A stretch of 63,592 nt of DNA, filler included, from Pelomyxa schiedti (lineage: Eukaryota; Protista; Evosea), in the NCBI GenBank assembly GCA_020536535.1. It is 6 parts of 6 records of this genome, joined end to end, with 100 filler letters (N's around TTAATTAATTAA, not from the genome) between each part and the next. Parts side by side here need not be neighbours in the genome. Positions count along the whole stretch, not along the records: positions 48,711 to 50,270 come from JAHLWZ010002420.1; positions 50,371 to 52,315 come from JAHLWZ010002199.1; positions 52,416 to 63,592 come from JAHLWZ010001243.1; 3 more parts are not named here. The stretch is one strand, 5' to 3'. The translations under genes were made by a program, and so were the position numbers. The notes beneath the pieces were generated by a model. That model searched no databases. It was not told the DNA's origin and saw nothing but the letters and a program-made list of their open reading frames with translations. How positions within the stretch are numbered: position 1 is the first letter of the stretch; the number at the start of each line of letters is the position of its first letter. This document shows, piece by piece, positions 48,870-59,699 of the stretch.

Positions 48870-49830
48870 CTACATCAACGAGCAACCAGATTTGTCTGAT
48901 GTGGTTGTGGCAGTTGTTGTTGTGGTTTTGTTGTTATTTGACACTGTTGCAGCAATCTCTTGGAGAATTTCAATTGCAGTCTGCAGAGACTTTGATTACA
49001 TGGGACATTTAGTGAGTACAAACCCTTGGGAACATGCAAGAGCATTCCATGTATTTTGCAGCATTGAGGTGTTGGGCCTCGAGGCTACCTTCTTCAGTTG
49101 TGATTGGGCCTCTGTTGTGATACTGCTTTAGTTGGAGAAGAGCACCATCGTCGTTCCGTCGGTCAATCTGGCACCCAACAAGAAGGAAAGGAATCTTTGG
49201 ACAATGTTGCTGAATTTCCGGAATCCTGTCATGCCATAATGGATGTAAAGACGGCAGGCAACTGGGAGGGAAAGATCAATTCAGAATACCATTTGTTTCG
49301 GACATTCGCAAAGGAATCAGGCCGAACAACAGAAAAGCACACAAGTACGAGATCGGCACCGCTGTAAGAAAACGGCCGTATTGTATCATACTATGCAAAA
49401 CTCAGAACTCCAGGAAAGAATGCGGCATACATCAGGGATTCCCCTTGTGTCACAGAAGGACACTGTAACAGGGGTGTCGTTAAAGTGTATTGTTTTCTCA
49501 CAGCAATCTACTGCTGTCGGCAGATGAATACCCCTGACAGGATGGATCTCAGAATCCAAACCCATTATAAATTCAATATATAAAAAATAATAAAATATAA
49601 AAAAGGGAGGGACAGTTAGGATTCACTGTCTACATATCAGGGACATGGTCCATAGCAATCAGTAGCAGAAAGCAACTCTTTCCTAGTTCAATAAAAAAAA
49701 AATTGAGGGAAGACGAAATCAACCAACGCCCGAGTCTCCAACCTGTGCCAATGGCACATTGTGGGAAAAACAAATTAAAATATTGGTTGGCACACACCAA
49801 AACGCAGGTGAAACGTCTCGCGTCTGTCAT
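48870..49830 (-). CDS. Atypical Rho-family small GTPase
   Basis: Spliced product: [24 protein letters not shown]...LPTAVDCC...[64 protein letters not shown]...AAKYMECS...GCSLM* (CAAX). Includes the Rho insert region. Confidence 0.9.
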
Positions 49831-49874
49831 CACAGATCGATCGATTTGTTTTTTCGTCTAAGAAAACCGTTGAG

Positions 49875-50270
49875 TTACAGAAGCCACACCGCGTGATAGA
49901 TTCTTTCTGGAGGGCTTATTTCCGCGAGTGTGAGTCCCAACATGTTGATGGACACCATCACGTGAAGGGGGGATGCACACACAAAGGACTTGAAGTGTTG
50001 CATGGCAAATGGCCCTGTCATCTCCGGTAACACATTCAGAAGCATCCTCCACGTGGCCACGTTTATTGGCTCGCCGATCTGAAAAGATGGGACAATAAAG
50101 ACACCTGTCATGATAGCTGCGACCTTCGGTTGGTGTTAGTGTGAACAATTGGTGTTGGGTAGTACCTCACTCAAAGTCACGTGGAATGTGCGAATCAACC
50201 ACTCTGCACAGCCTGGCTTGTTGCTTGAAATCAACTCCCCCAGCAAGTGGTTGTTGTTTGATTTCACTTG
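49875..50270 (-). CDS. 3' fragment of a hypothetical protein
   Basis: Exons ...CAEWLIRTFHVTLSE and VAAIMTGVF...YHAVWLL*. The 5' part is cut by the contig join. Confidence 0.4.
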
Positions 50271-50370
50271 NNNNNNNNNNNNNNNNNNNNNNNNNNNNNN
50301 NNNNNNNNNNNNNNTTAATTAATTAANNNNNNNNNNNNNNNNNNNNNNNNNNNNNNNNNNNNNNNNNNNN
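50271..50370. other. Artificial join with TTAATTAATTAA linker
   Basis: Linker at 50315-50326. Confidence 0.9.
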
Positions 50371-50875
50371 GCCTGACATTGGTTTCAGGTACTTTGGCTG
50401 TGAGCTTGTCACGGCGGCCCATTTTTCGTGCTGAAAAAGTGGTCACCAAAGGCTTTGTCACTGGGCACCCACCGACAGTGTTCGAACCCACACCTCCGGC
50501 CTGCTTGGCACTCTTTCCTTTTCGTGGTTTGTTGCCTGCCTTGATGCAAATGAAAACATATATTTGATTGTTCTCCCTGAAAGCTACCAAAAACTCATTC
50601 TCCACCAACACTTCAGATGTAAATGAGGAAAAACTCTCCTCTTGTTTGTTGTATTTATGTTGCCAATAAAGGTCAAGAGTCATTGAGACACTGATTGAAT
50701 GCCAAAGATGTGGTCTTGCATCGTTTCAATGCAATGTTCATTGCAACCTGTGTTGGGGGAAGAAGTGTGGGGAGATCCCAGGAGAATGTTCCCGCGGTGT
50801 TCCCAAAAACTGCTGTTTTTCTTGTTACTCGTACTTGTGGGAAACTTTCCGTTATTTTACCCAAAAGCACAACAA

Positions 50876-52192
50876 ATGGCAACGTGGAACGTAACGGACG
50901 ACGTGTGCAGGGACGCGACACCAATCGGCGCACTCACGACGCGCGGCCAACTTGGAGCGCTAGCGGCGGGCGCGACCGTAGCGCGGTGCGGCTCCGGCAG
51001 CGCGATGCAGCGGGTTATGGGACGCGGCCACGCCACCTCTTTCGTCGGCCTGCTGTGGTCCGACTGGGTCCGTCCCACAATCCGGCGGTTCGTCCTGCAG
51101 GTCTCGGGCGACGGCGCCACCACCGGCGCCCTCAAGTGCCACCGCGCCACGACCCTGTGGTTCGCGGCCTCCCCTCTTCTCCTGAGCGTCTCCACCGGGC
51201 CCTCCCGCACCCCCCCCGGCGGCGCCCGCCTCGTCGACAGCCGCCGCGTCGTCGACAGGGCGATGTCCCTCGAAACCGGCCTCTCGGTCGCGGTCCGCGA
51301 CGTCCGCACCGGCGCCAGCGCGGTCGTCATGCAGCGCCGCGGGATCGTGGTGCTCTGCTTCGTGGCCAACGCGAGCTGGGCCGTGGCCATTTACAACCTC
51401 CAGGGGGATTCTGAGGGCCACAGCCCGTTGCTGGCCGTCGCTTCGCTGAGGGGGTTGCCTGGTGACGGCCGTGGTGGTGGTGACATGGAGGAGGCACTCG
51501 GCGGGGCTGTTGTTGTGGGGCTTCCTTCTTGTCCCGGCTTGTTGAGGATGCATAGTGACCTGTCTGTTGATGGAGAAGTGGTTTTGGTGCACGTCGTTGG
51601 GTGCTGTGCCACGATTTTCGCTGTTGACGTGGAGCAGACGTACAACAGCAGGAGCCTGGATGTGCTGAGCACGACGACGTGCGCGTTCCCAACTGGCCAC
51701 TCGCTGGTCTCTCTTGTTGTGATGAAGAACTGGGATCACTGTTCTCCCGGTTATGGGTCACGAACCTTCATCGCCAAGACACAGAGGAGGGCACGGAATC
51801 GTAGAGTCCACGAGGTGTTCCACGTGGAGGAATCAACAGGCACATCCAGGCCTCTCGACTTCCATGATGACGAAGTGAATGAGGTGTTTCGCTTGTCTGA
51901 TTCAGTGTTCTGTGTGTCATTCTGCACCTCCAACAAGCAGGAGGGATCATTCAAGCTCTTCCACCGTGACAATGTGGAACAACCACTCGAGCTTCTGCCA
52001 AGAACCAAGTTCAAATTCTGGAACAACACCAAGATGTCCCACAACGTGACAGCGGCTTCAGGATTCATCTTCAAGTGCTTTGCAAGCAGGATTGAGGTGA
52101 TGGAACCAGTATCAGGACTCATCATCCTCACAATCAATTTCCCTCGTCTGACATCCCTAACCCTCCTTACACCCTTCTCTTTCTTCGTGTAA
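50876..52192 (+). CDS. Hypothetical intronless protein (helical N-terminal header followed by beta-rich region)
   Basis: About 438 codons from ATG 50876 within ORF 50699-52192. GC3-rich 5' half. No recognisable catalytic motif. Confidence 0.75.
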   Translation: MATWNVTDDVCRDATPIGALTTRGQLGALAAGATVARCGSGSAMQRVMGRGHATSFVGLLWSDWVRPTIRRFVLQVSGDGATTGALKCHRATTLWFAASPLLLSVSTGPSRTPPGGARLVDSRRVVDRAMSLETGLSVAVRDVRTGASAVVMQRRGIVVLCFVANASWAVAIYNLQGDSEGHSPLLAVASLRGLPGDGRGGGDMEEALGGAVVVGLPSCPGLLRMHSDLSVDGEVVLVHVVGCCATIFAVDVEQTYNSRSLDVLSTTTCAFPTGHSLVSLVVMKNWDHCSPGYGSRTFIAKTQRRARNRRVHEVFHVEESTGTSRPLDFHDDEVNEVFRLSDSVFCVSFCTSNKQEGSFKLFHRDNVEQPLELLPRTKFKFWNNTKMSHNVTAASGFIFKCFASRIEVMEPVSGLIILTINFPRLTSLTLLTPFSFFV

Positions 52193-52315
52193 GGCAATGA
52201 CTGTATGTTGGGAAACCTTCATTCCAGAAAACTTTCACCTGTGAAAACGGGGGTTCCAGCACCGATAACCAGGGTCAGTCTAGTGAAACTGATCATTACT
52301 TTGGTACCAAAGAAC

Positions 52316-52415
52316 NNNNNNNNNNNNNNNNNNNNNNNNNNNNNNNNNNNNNNNNNNNNTTAATTAATTAANNNNNNNNNNNNNNNNNNNNNNNNNNNNN
52401 NNNNNNNNNNNNNNN
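52316..52415. other. Artificial join with TTAATTAATTAA linker
   Basis: Linker at 52360-52371. Confidence 0.9.
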
Positions 52416-52820
52416 GCGCACGCGCACGCGCACGCGCACACGCCCGGAGCAACGACGCCATTGTGGGATTGCACAATCATCAGCCTCACCGGTGGCTGTT
52501 GTGGGCCCGCGGCTGGCGTTGTCGTCCGGTGACGCGCCGCGGCTCCACCATCGCCGCCGCCGTGGTTGTTGCTGTTGTGCTTGCAGGTGTATCCAGTCAA
52601 TCGCTACGTTCGGAATTATGGTAATCTTCTTGGACCTCACTGGACTTTTGAAGAACTGCCACCAGAGCCAAGAATTGATGACGAAAGGGAGTAACTCAAT
52701 GCACCAAAACAACCCAGGCAGTAATAATAAAAAAGAAAACTTTTTACAATCACCCTTGCCTTCAATAAGCTTTGGGATTGCAATCTCAAAGTGTGTGGTG
52801 TGATGATGTGTGCTGAGTAT

Positions 52821-54957
52821 CTATAAAAGAATAGCCAAGAGAGTGATGACAAGTGCAACAATGAAGAGGGGGTAAGCCTCTGAGGCTGTTGCGCTTGACT
52901 GATGGTGTGAAGATGATACTCCGTGTGAGGATGAGCATAATGAGATACCACCCACACATAGTTTCTCTGCTGTGCAAGTGTCACCACCTGTACAGTCATC
53001 TCCATCATCGCATGACGCTCCCGAGTTGGCTTCGTATGTGCATGTTGTGCCACTGCAGGACGCATAGTAATCGGCTGAATATATATTAGTGAGTCGAATT
53101 AGCGGTCTTTTTTTTGGTGTAGTACCTTCGCATAAGCCGGGACTGTTGCTGCAAGTGCAAACAGGGACGGAAAGACCGCCACCACTCCATATATTAAAGC
53201 GACTCCCGGCCTGTATGTCAAACGTGTACACGCCATCAGAAAGAGTGCCTGAGTATGTGATCGTGAAGTCCTCAGTGTCGGAGTCAAAGGTGCCATCATC
53301 AGGGGTGGCATCCTGCCAGTCAGCAATTACAGTTTCTCCCAGTAGGACCCGGTACTGTACAGAAGCAACCCAGTCTGATATAATGGCAGTATTCGGGTTT
53401 GTGGCTGTACCAGCTATCACTGGGGAATGGCCTTGTGCAATAGATGAGACAGTCACTTCAGGAATGTTGTCATCAATGGGATCGTAAATTCCATTGGAGT
53501 TCGTGTCAATCCTGGAATTGGTCAGTTGATTGAATGAACTGTAGATTGGCTAGCTCACCACCCGACTTGGGCCCGGGTTCCAGAACATAGGTTCCAGTCA
53601 TTCGACTTCATCATGCACGCCTCGGTGTTACAAGTGGTGCAATGCATGCAGTCGCTCGTCTCGTCCTGCAAATCTCCCAAGCACGATGTGCCCTCAGAAA
53701 GGTCGACGCATGCAGCTTCACAAGCAGGGTTTGTGGTTTGAACCCATCCACAAACATCGGTGCAAGAGCAGCAGGAATAACCGGGATCGCAGTATTCATC
53801 GCAGGCCTGGAAAGAGTGGCCATTTTCGTGAGCAAGGACTTTATCCCAGTTGTCTAGACCCCAGCCATCGCACTGCTCGGTAATAACAACACTGGGGCCA
53901 CCGAGATAGGCATACCCAAAGTATCCATTAGTGAAGGTACTGCAGCCTGTCACAGCGTATAAGAAAAGGGCCCAGTCTGTTCCGTAGTTATCTCTCAGTG
54001 CATTGGCGTAGGCTCTCTCGCTCGAGTACCCCAAAGCGGCCATTACCCTTGTCCTCATCACGTCATCCTGGGTGCTTGCGTAGTCACACATGTCGATATC
54101 TATTGTAACTGCTGTCTGGTACACAGAAATCTCGGCAAAGGCGTTCACGTTCAGGTTGCTCCACCAGTCCATTGCAGTTGCAGCCTTGGCCAGCCCAGTG
54201 TTCTTGCTCGATTGCGTCCATTGGTACTTCGGACCATCCACGAATATTACTACATAGGCCGTGGTACCGAGCATGTAGGAGCTTGTATCAGAGAACCCAG
54301 GGGGACCATAGAGCTTCTGCAGCCGCTGGTCCTCAGAATCATACCGAAGGGCTCCCTCATGAGTTCCAATGTCATGATGCCATTTTGCGGTAGACCTGAA
54401 TTCAAACAACGATTAGGAGAGAGGCCAACCAAAAAAAAAGTAAAAAAGCACCTTGGTGATGGAGGCACGGTGGATTTGACAGGCATTAATCCCCTCTCGA
54501 TCACGGGGTGCTCCTTGCTCTCCCCTGACGTCACGAAAAATTGCCATGCGTCACGCAGCCCGTGGTGTCCGGGAATCTTCGCCCTAGATCTGGTGGGGCC
54601 CTCGAGCGAATCGTACACTTCGTTCAGATCCCGCGACCACCGCAAGTCACTTGGTCGGCCGACGTCGGCTAGGAGACGCAGAAGACCGGCGAGCTTTTCG
54701 GCAGAGTCTTGATCGGCGAGCTGCGTCGGTACGCCGACGATCGCGATTCGGGCGCCGACGACTTCTAGAAGGGAGAGCTCGTGTGCGTCGGCGGCCTTCT
54801 GGTCCCACCACGATGTCACTGGGGCCCCGCTGTCGCTCCACATCATTATGGGCGTAGGTCCGTCGCTCGGAAACACTGCAGCAGCTTTCAGTCCGATAAT
54901 GGCCACGAAGAGAGTGGCTATCACTTCAAGTGTTCTGCTCCGCATGCCCCGTACCAT
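52821..54957 (-). CDS. Secreted / probably GPI-anchored metzincin-like zinc metalloprotease
   Basis: Signal peptide and pro-region. Zinc motif LAHENGHSFQACDEY at 53816-53830, Met-turn-like ACMMKSN, Ig-like domain (WQDATPDDGTFDSDTEDFTI), Cys-rich CDDGDDCTGGDTC and a hydrophobic C-terminus PLFIVALVITLLAILL*. Confidence 0.85.
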
Positions 54958-55322
54958 TTGGTTGTTTTAGGTTTGTTTGGTTGTTTGCCCGAATCGATTG
55001 GTTCCTTTTTTAAGCCTTGTTGATTGTTTCGTTGCAGAAACTGCGAACTCCAAATGTATTTTCGCAGTTGCGTACTACTTCACTCTCCTACAGAGTTTGA
55101 ATTCAATGTGGAGGCACGTTCAAAAAACTAACAACCAACGAAAAACATGTTTATCAACTGTGTATTTTGTTCGTTTGCATGGCCGGTTTTTGAAACGTCC
55201 AATACCTTCTTGACAGCTGTCCACAACAGTGCATATCCAGTGCTTTACTGAAAAGTAACAGTGAAAGTATGGTGAATACTGGTACATTGATTAGGTAATC
55301 ACCACAATCTCGTTTCGTGAAG

Positions 55323-55995
55323 ATGCAGCACCGAAAAGCGCCAGCGACACCAAAGGCCCGCTCGGCTGCGGACCGCACAGCGACCACGGCCAAGTGTGCA
55401 GTCCCCGACGACGCGAAGGCGGATACCGTAACCACAACAACTACAACTACAACCGCCGACGACGAGAACGAGAGGAAGAAGAAGCAGTTGGCCGAGTTGC
55501 AGAACGCGGCCGACCAGAAGATACCACTCGCTAACATATTCCCTGAACTGTGTGCGTCCTCATTCTTCTTCGCTTTTTTTATTTGCACGCCGGGGTTTTG
55601 TTGTGGTGGTCATCTGTCATCTACCCCTGACTTTTTCCCTGTTTGGTGTTACATATCTCCCCACCTTTCAAACTTAATGCATTTACCTTTTCTTTTAGAG
55701 TAAAATTGGATAAGAAGGGCACTGTTTGCAAGAAGTTCTTCATATTTACGTTGCTAATGTTCGCTGTCCCGTTACTGACAATGCTCGTTTGCACACTAGC
55801 ACTTATAAGTAGGACCTTATTTCTTCTTTCATTTCATTTGAAACCCAACAACAAACTGAATAAATAACAGAATTCAATGGACAAGAAGCTGCTGATGCAG
55901 TTATATGGGGTGGTGCTGCCGCCGTCTGTGCTACCCTCATTGTGCAACTCCTTTATGTAATAACCGCGGTCAAAGAAAGTGCTTCTGAGAACTAA
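55323..55995 (+). CDS. VMA21-like V-ATPase assembly factor
   Basis: Two TMs in VMA21 pattern: VCKKFFIFTLLMFAVPLLTMLVCTL and IWGGAAAVCATLIVQLLYVITAVKE. Two GT-AG introns. Confidence 0.68.
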
Positions 55996-56085
55996 CACAA
56001 TGCAAAAACCAACAGCTACTAGTAGGAGAAAAAACACTATCTATTGCTTCATTACAACAACATTACAGTATGTTACTTGCTTTGT

Positions 56086-57180
56086 TCAGTACCGCAGAAT
56101 AGGTACCTCTATCACAAAGTCATTTCTGAACTGTGTGTGAGGGCCAGGTGTAGCAAAATGGTAACCGTGTGGGTTACTAGCTACATGTGTACCCCTTATG
56201 ATTTGGTTGTGATACCAGTGTGTGTGGCCTGAGTGTCTGTTAATTTTTTCTTTGTTTGTGAATGAGTTACCATAAAGCCAAGCCACCACAGGAGGCGAGA
56301 AGAAGTATTTCAAATCCGTCGAAAATGCGTAGCTGCGAGTTATTAGTCCATTTGTATGGAATAGGTTCAGTGGAAGAGAAACCTGGAATGGGTGTTATAA
56401 AATGTGCCGGGTGAGTCGCCGTAGTTTCTAACCGGACTGTAGTGTGTAAGAATTATGACTGTTTTCTTGCTTTTTTTTGCTTTGTGTATTGCCTGTCCAT
56501 AATTAATAGTGGAACTAAGATGAACACTTTAACCAGTGTGAGAAATTCAACAGCTTGTTTGTGCCATAAATTGGTGTCTTCTACTGTCAAATTGCGTTTT
56601 CTGCACTCAACAGGATCCGCAACGCTGATTAAATGATAGTCGGAGATATTTGCGTTTACGTCTTCTTCAGCGGAAGCGGGTATATTTGACCACAAAGTTG
56701 TTCCTATCACTCTAAAAAATTGTTACGGCTACAAAACTAAAAAAAGAAAATACTTTTACCGTACATCTCCGATATCATCGAAGGAATTTTGTAAAAGCTG
56801 TACTTTTCCTCCAAACAAATCACAGACTTCGGCCATGTGTTGATGGGTTTCGTCAACAGTTCCTCTGTAGTACTCCTTGTCCTATTTAGTTTCACAATAG
56901 TAAACTCATGCACTCACATGATTCCCGAGGAGGATGTAAATTTTCTCGAATTTTGGTACAGTTTCTTGGAGAAAGAGTATAAAACGGTCTCTATATTCCG
57001 GAATGCAGACCTGGAATATTTAACACAGGATTTTGGACACAGGTACCTCACCGACACGCTATCACCAAGAAGGGCGAGGTATGGGGCACTAGGCTGTAGT
57101 ATAAATGGAGAATTAGACTCAGAAGTCTCAAGGTGCAAATCGGAAGCACATTGAATTCTGAACGTTTTTACTTGTGAAAG
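56086..57180 (-). CDS. Calcineurin-like metallophosphoesterase domain (probably the C-terminal part of the ankyrin gene)
   Basis: Motifs in order: IQCASDLHLE, APYLALLGD, LLGNH-EYY, VIGTTLWSNIP, LTHH, WLYG-HTHW and SNPHGY. Confidence 0.88.
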
Positions 57181-57224
57181 TGATGCTCTATAATCTGTGA
57201 GTTCGAAAGTTTCCAAGGAAAAGA

Positions 57225-59361
57225 CTACTGTCTGAACATGATCTGAATTTGAAGAAGGCATGTCTCTGTGGTGAGAGACTGCTTTCGTTTGTGTCCATCT
57301 ACAGATTGTGCCCTTCTGTGCCTGGGAGAGAAGGCTGTTGTAGTACATGTGTAACCTCCTTCTGAAGGGGTGACCTCGGACAGTGCAGAATAACCAAGTG
57401 GGGTCTTTGTTCTTAAAGGAGGAGGACTAGGCATAATGTTACAGGCATCAGATACAGGTGTTAGGGCAGTGTTGGATCGTCTCCGCTGGAGCTTTGGGGT
57501 ACAATTTCCGGAATTAGCGCCTTCCGAATTTGTTGAACAAGTGGTGAACTGTGAAGTCCTTAGGCAAGAATTTGATGCACTGGAGTTTGAATTGAAAATT
57601 TTGGAGAAGCAACGCACTATCAGGTTCGAGGATGGTGGTGTTGACATATCACCTGTTGTCTGTGGCAGAATCGGGGATACCATTTCAGGAGAAGGTTGGA
57701 TTGAGCAGGATCTTTCGGGTAAGGTATGGCGTTGTGCTCTATTTGGAAGGGTGGTACATGCGGAAGTCATTGAACACGTTGTTGTCTCCGTAACTGCGGT
57801 TTCAGATGGATGTGGAGGGGGGGAAAGTGGTTGCATTGGGTCCACCTGTATAAACGAGTTCGTAAGTCTGAAGTGTAGGACAGCAGCAGGAGTATTATCC
57901 CATCTATTGGATATTGTGGTGGTGGGGGAAACGAGGCAACTATGTCTGGTATCTGCCTGTGATACCCAGGAGTAGCCTTTTTGTGTAAATAGATTTAGCT
58001 TCTCTTTCTACAACATGCTTAGAAGTTGCATAAATAAGACAGTGTACTTTCAGAATGTCTGCCAATCTGTTAATCAAAGGGAGATCACCACATGCTGTGA
58101 TATAGTGTATTGGTCTGGTGTGAAGATTGGTGTACTACTTAAAAGAAGAGGTGAAGGTACGATGTATCGTGAATGTCGAGTGATTCTATAACAGCATTTT
58201 TGGAAATCTTTCTGAATATGAGAAGAGTATTTTCCAAATTCATGAACGTACCAAAAATTCAACAAGATCAGTTCTATTGAGCTTCGCAGCTATGTGAAGT
58301 GGAGTTTCACCTGTCTTTGTGCTCAGAATAAAGAGGAAGAGTATCTGTCCAAACCACTGCTATCTGTAACGTTTACCGAGCAACCTGAATCTACAAGACA
58401 CTGCACTAACTCAACATAGGAGTGTGGTGCAGCGCAGGCAATGTGCATGGCAGTACGTCCATCTTCCTAAAATTTACTTTAGGAATTCACTTTGAAGAGC
58501 CACCAGCACCTTTGAACTGTAGTCTCTAGGACTTCCTCGTTCTATTATCTTTGGAATTAAATCTTTCATTTGTAGCATTACAACAGCTGCAAGTGGGTTC
58601 AAATCGCACCCCTTTTGAGGTTGGTGGTTGTTCCAAGAAAGACAACATACTTTCTGCGTGAATACTTCTGGAATACTCGTGCTTACCCTGAAAGAACAGT
58701 TACTGGCAATTTTTTTACAGTTTTTAATGTTACATAAACTCGATTGCCCCTCTATGACCTGACTCTAGAGCCAAATCAAATGGGCTCTTGCCTGTGTGGT
58801 CAAATACATATGTTTCTGCTCCTTCCAGGAATTAGAGTTGGCAACAGAGCTCAAGTGCAATGCCCCCACAAAGGACACACCACGCACTGTGATTGCGCAA
58901 TGATTCCGCTATAGCAACATGTCCCTTGGAAATGGCGATGCACAGGGGCGTTCTACCAAGAGAATCCTTGGCATCCACCTGAGAGTGATTCAAGCAACAA
59001 GGGTAAGTGCAAGGTTTTGCTCAAAATCTCTAAAAATACAAAGCAAAGCATACATGGACACCGCGTCCACAAGTGAGTATTTTATTGACACCTTTCAAAT
59101 CCCCGTTTGCAGCACAAACATGCAACGGTGTGGACTTTGTGTCACCAGTAGACACACAAGACTGCCTGTGTGCACCAACAAGTACTATGATATATAGTGT
59201 GAGGATCAAAAACAACAACAAAAAAAAGTTTGGAGAAGCAACCACTCTGGGGGAAAAACACAAAAAGAACAAAAAAAAGGGAATCTGTTTTTGTGTTCGC
59301 CACCTTTTGTGTCGCCGGGGGTTTTTGTTTCCGTATCGCAAACGGACGCTCCCGATCCCAT
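57225..59361 (-). CDS. Ankyrin-repeat protein with N-myristoylation motif and Ser/Thr/Pro-rich linker
   Basis: Start MGSGAS (ATG 59361). Ankyrin repeats STPLHVCAANGDLKGV, GRTPLCIAISKGH, GKSPFDLAL, GRTAMHIAC and GETPLHIAAKLNRTDLVEFL. Confidence 0.85.
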
Positions 59362-59421
59362 CGTCGTAACAACAATTTTCCTTTGAAAAGCGGCTTTCAG
59401 ATAAACCCGCAAGTCTGGCGG

Positions 59422-59429
59422 TCCCATAA
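59422..59429 (+). promoter_or_regulatory. DUSE-like snRNA upstream element (TCCCATAA)
   Basis: Matches the Dictyostelium consensus [A/T]CCCA[C/T]AA and starts 63 nt upstream of the U2 5' end. Confidence 0.72.
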
Positions 59430-59484
59430 CTAGTGTGGGATCGGGGACTGGTTTTTAAACGCCGACCTGGAGTAGTCCTGATTC

Positions 59485-59699
59485 ATACCTTCTCGGCCTT
59501 TTGGCTAAGATCAAGTGTAGTATCTGTTCTTTTCAGCTTAATATCTGAAAGCTGCCCATTGGGTAGCATCGATATTAAACTTATTTTTCGTGGGGTCGCA
59601 GGGGGTGCCTGGCTGGTGGTGGGGCTTGCTCCGCCGCCAACTTGGGTGCCCTCCTGATTGCCCAGGCACTGCACTGCCGCCTCGTGTGGTCAGCCCCAC
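59485..59699 (+). ncRNA. U2: U2 spliceosomal snRNA
   Basis: ATACCTTCTCGGCCTTTTGGCTAAGATCAAGTGTAGTATCTGTTCTT is the conserved U2 5' end with the branch-pairing GUAGUA. Sm-like AUUUUUCG at 59583-59590. Stem IV AGGC/GCCU with loop ACUGCACUGCC. The 3' end is approximate. Confidence 0.97.

Noticed and set aside
18055-49830. Rho GEF and Rho GTPase as a linked module
   Set aside because: They are on different joined pieces, and both families are large in amoebae.
52416-52712. (GCGCAC)n tract and short ORFs at a contig start
   Set aside because: Simple repeat at an assembly edge. The candidate motifs fall in different frames with no room for an intron.
2066-55995. ATP6AP2-like and VMA21-like genes as a V-ATPase assembly cluster
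   Set aside because: They are separated by several artificial joins, so linkage is not shown.
57436-57975. 179-aa plus-strand ORF with protein-like text
   Set aside because: It is antisense to the long ankyrin-gene exon, whose frame is supported by flanking domains and splice sites.
12466-59699. SF3B2 and U2 snRNA as a U2 snRNP cluster
   Set aside because: They are on different joined pieces and more than 40 kb apart.
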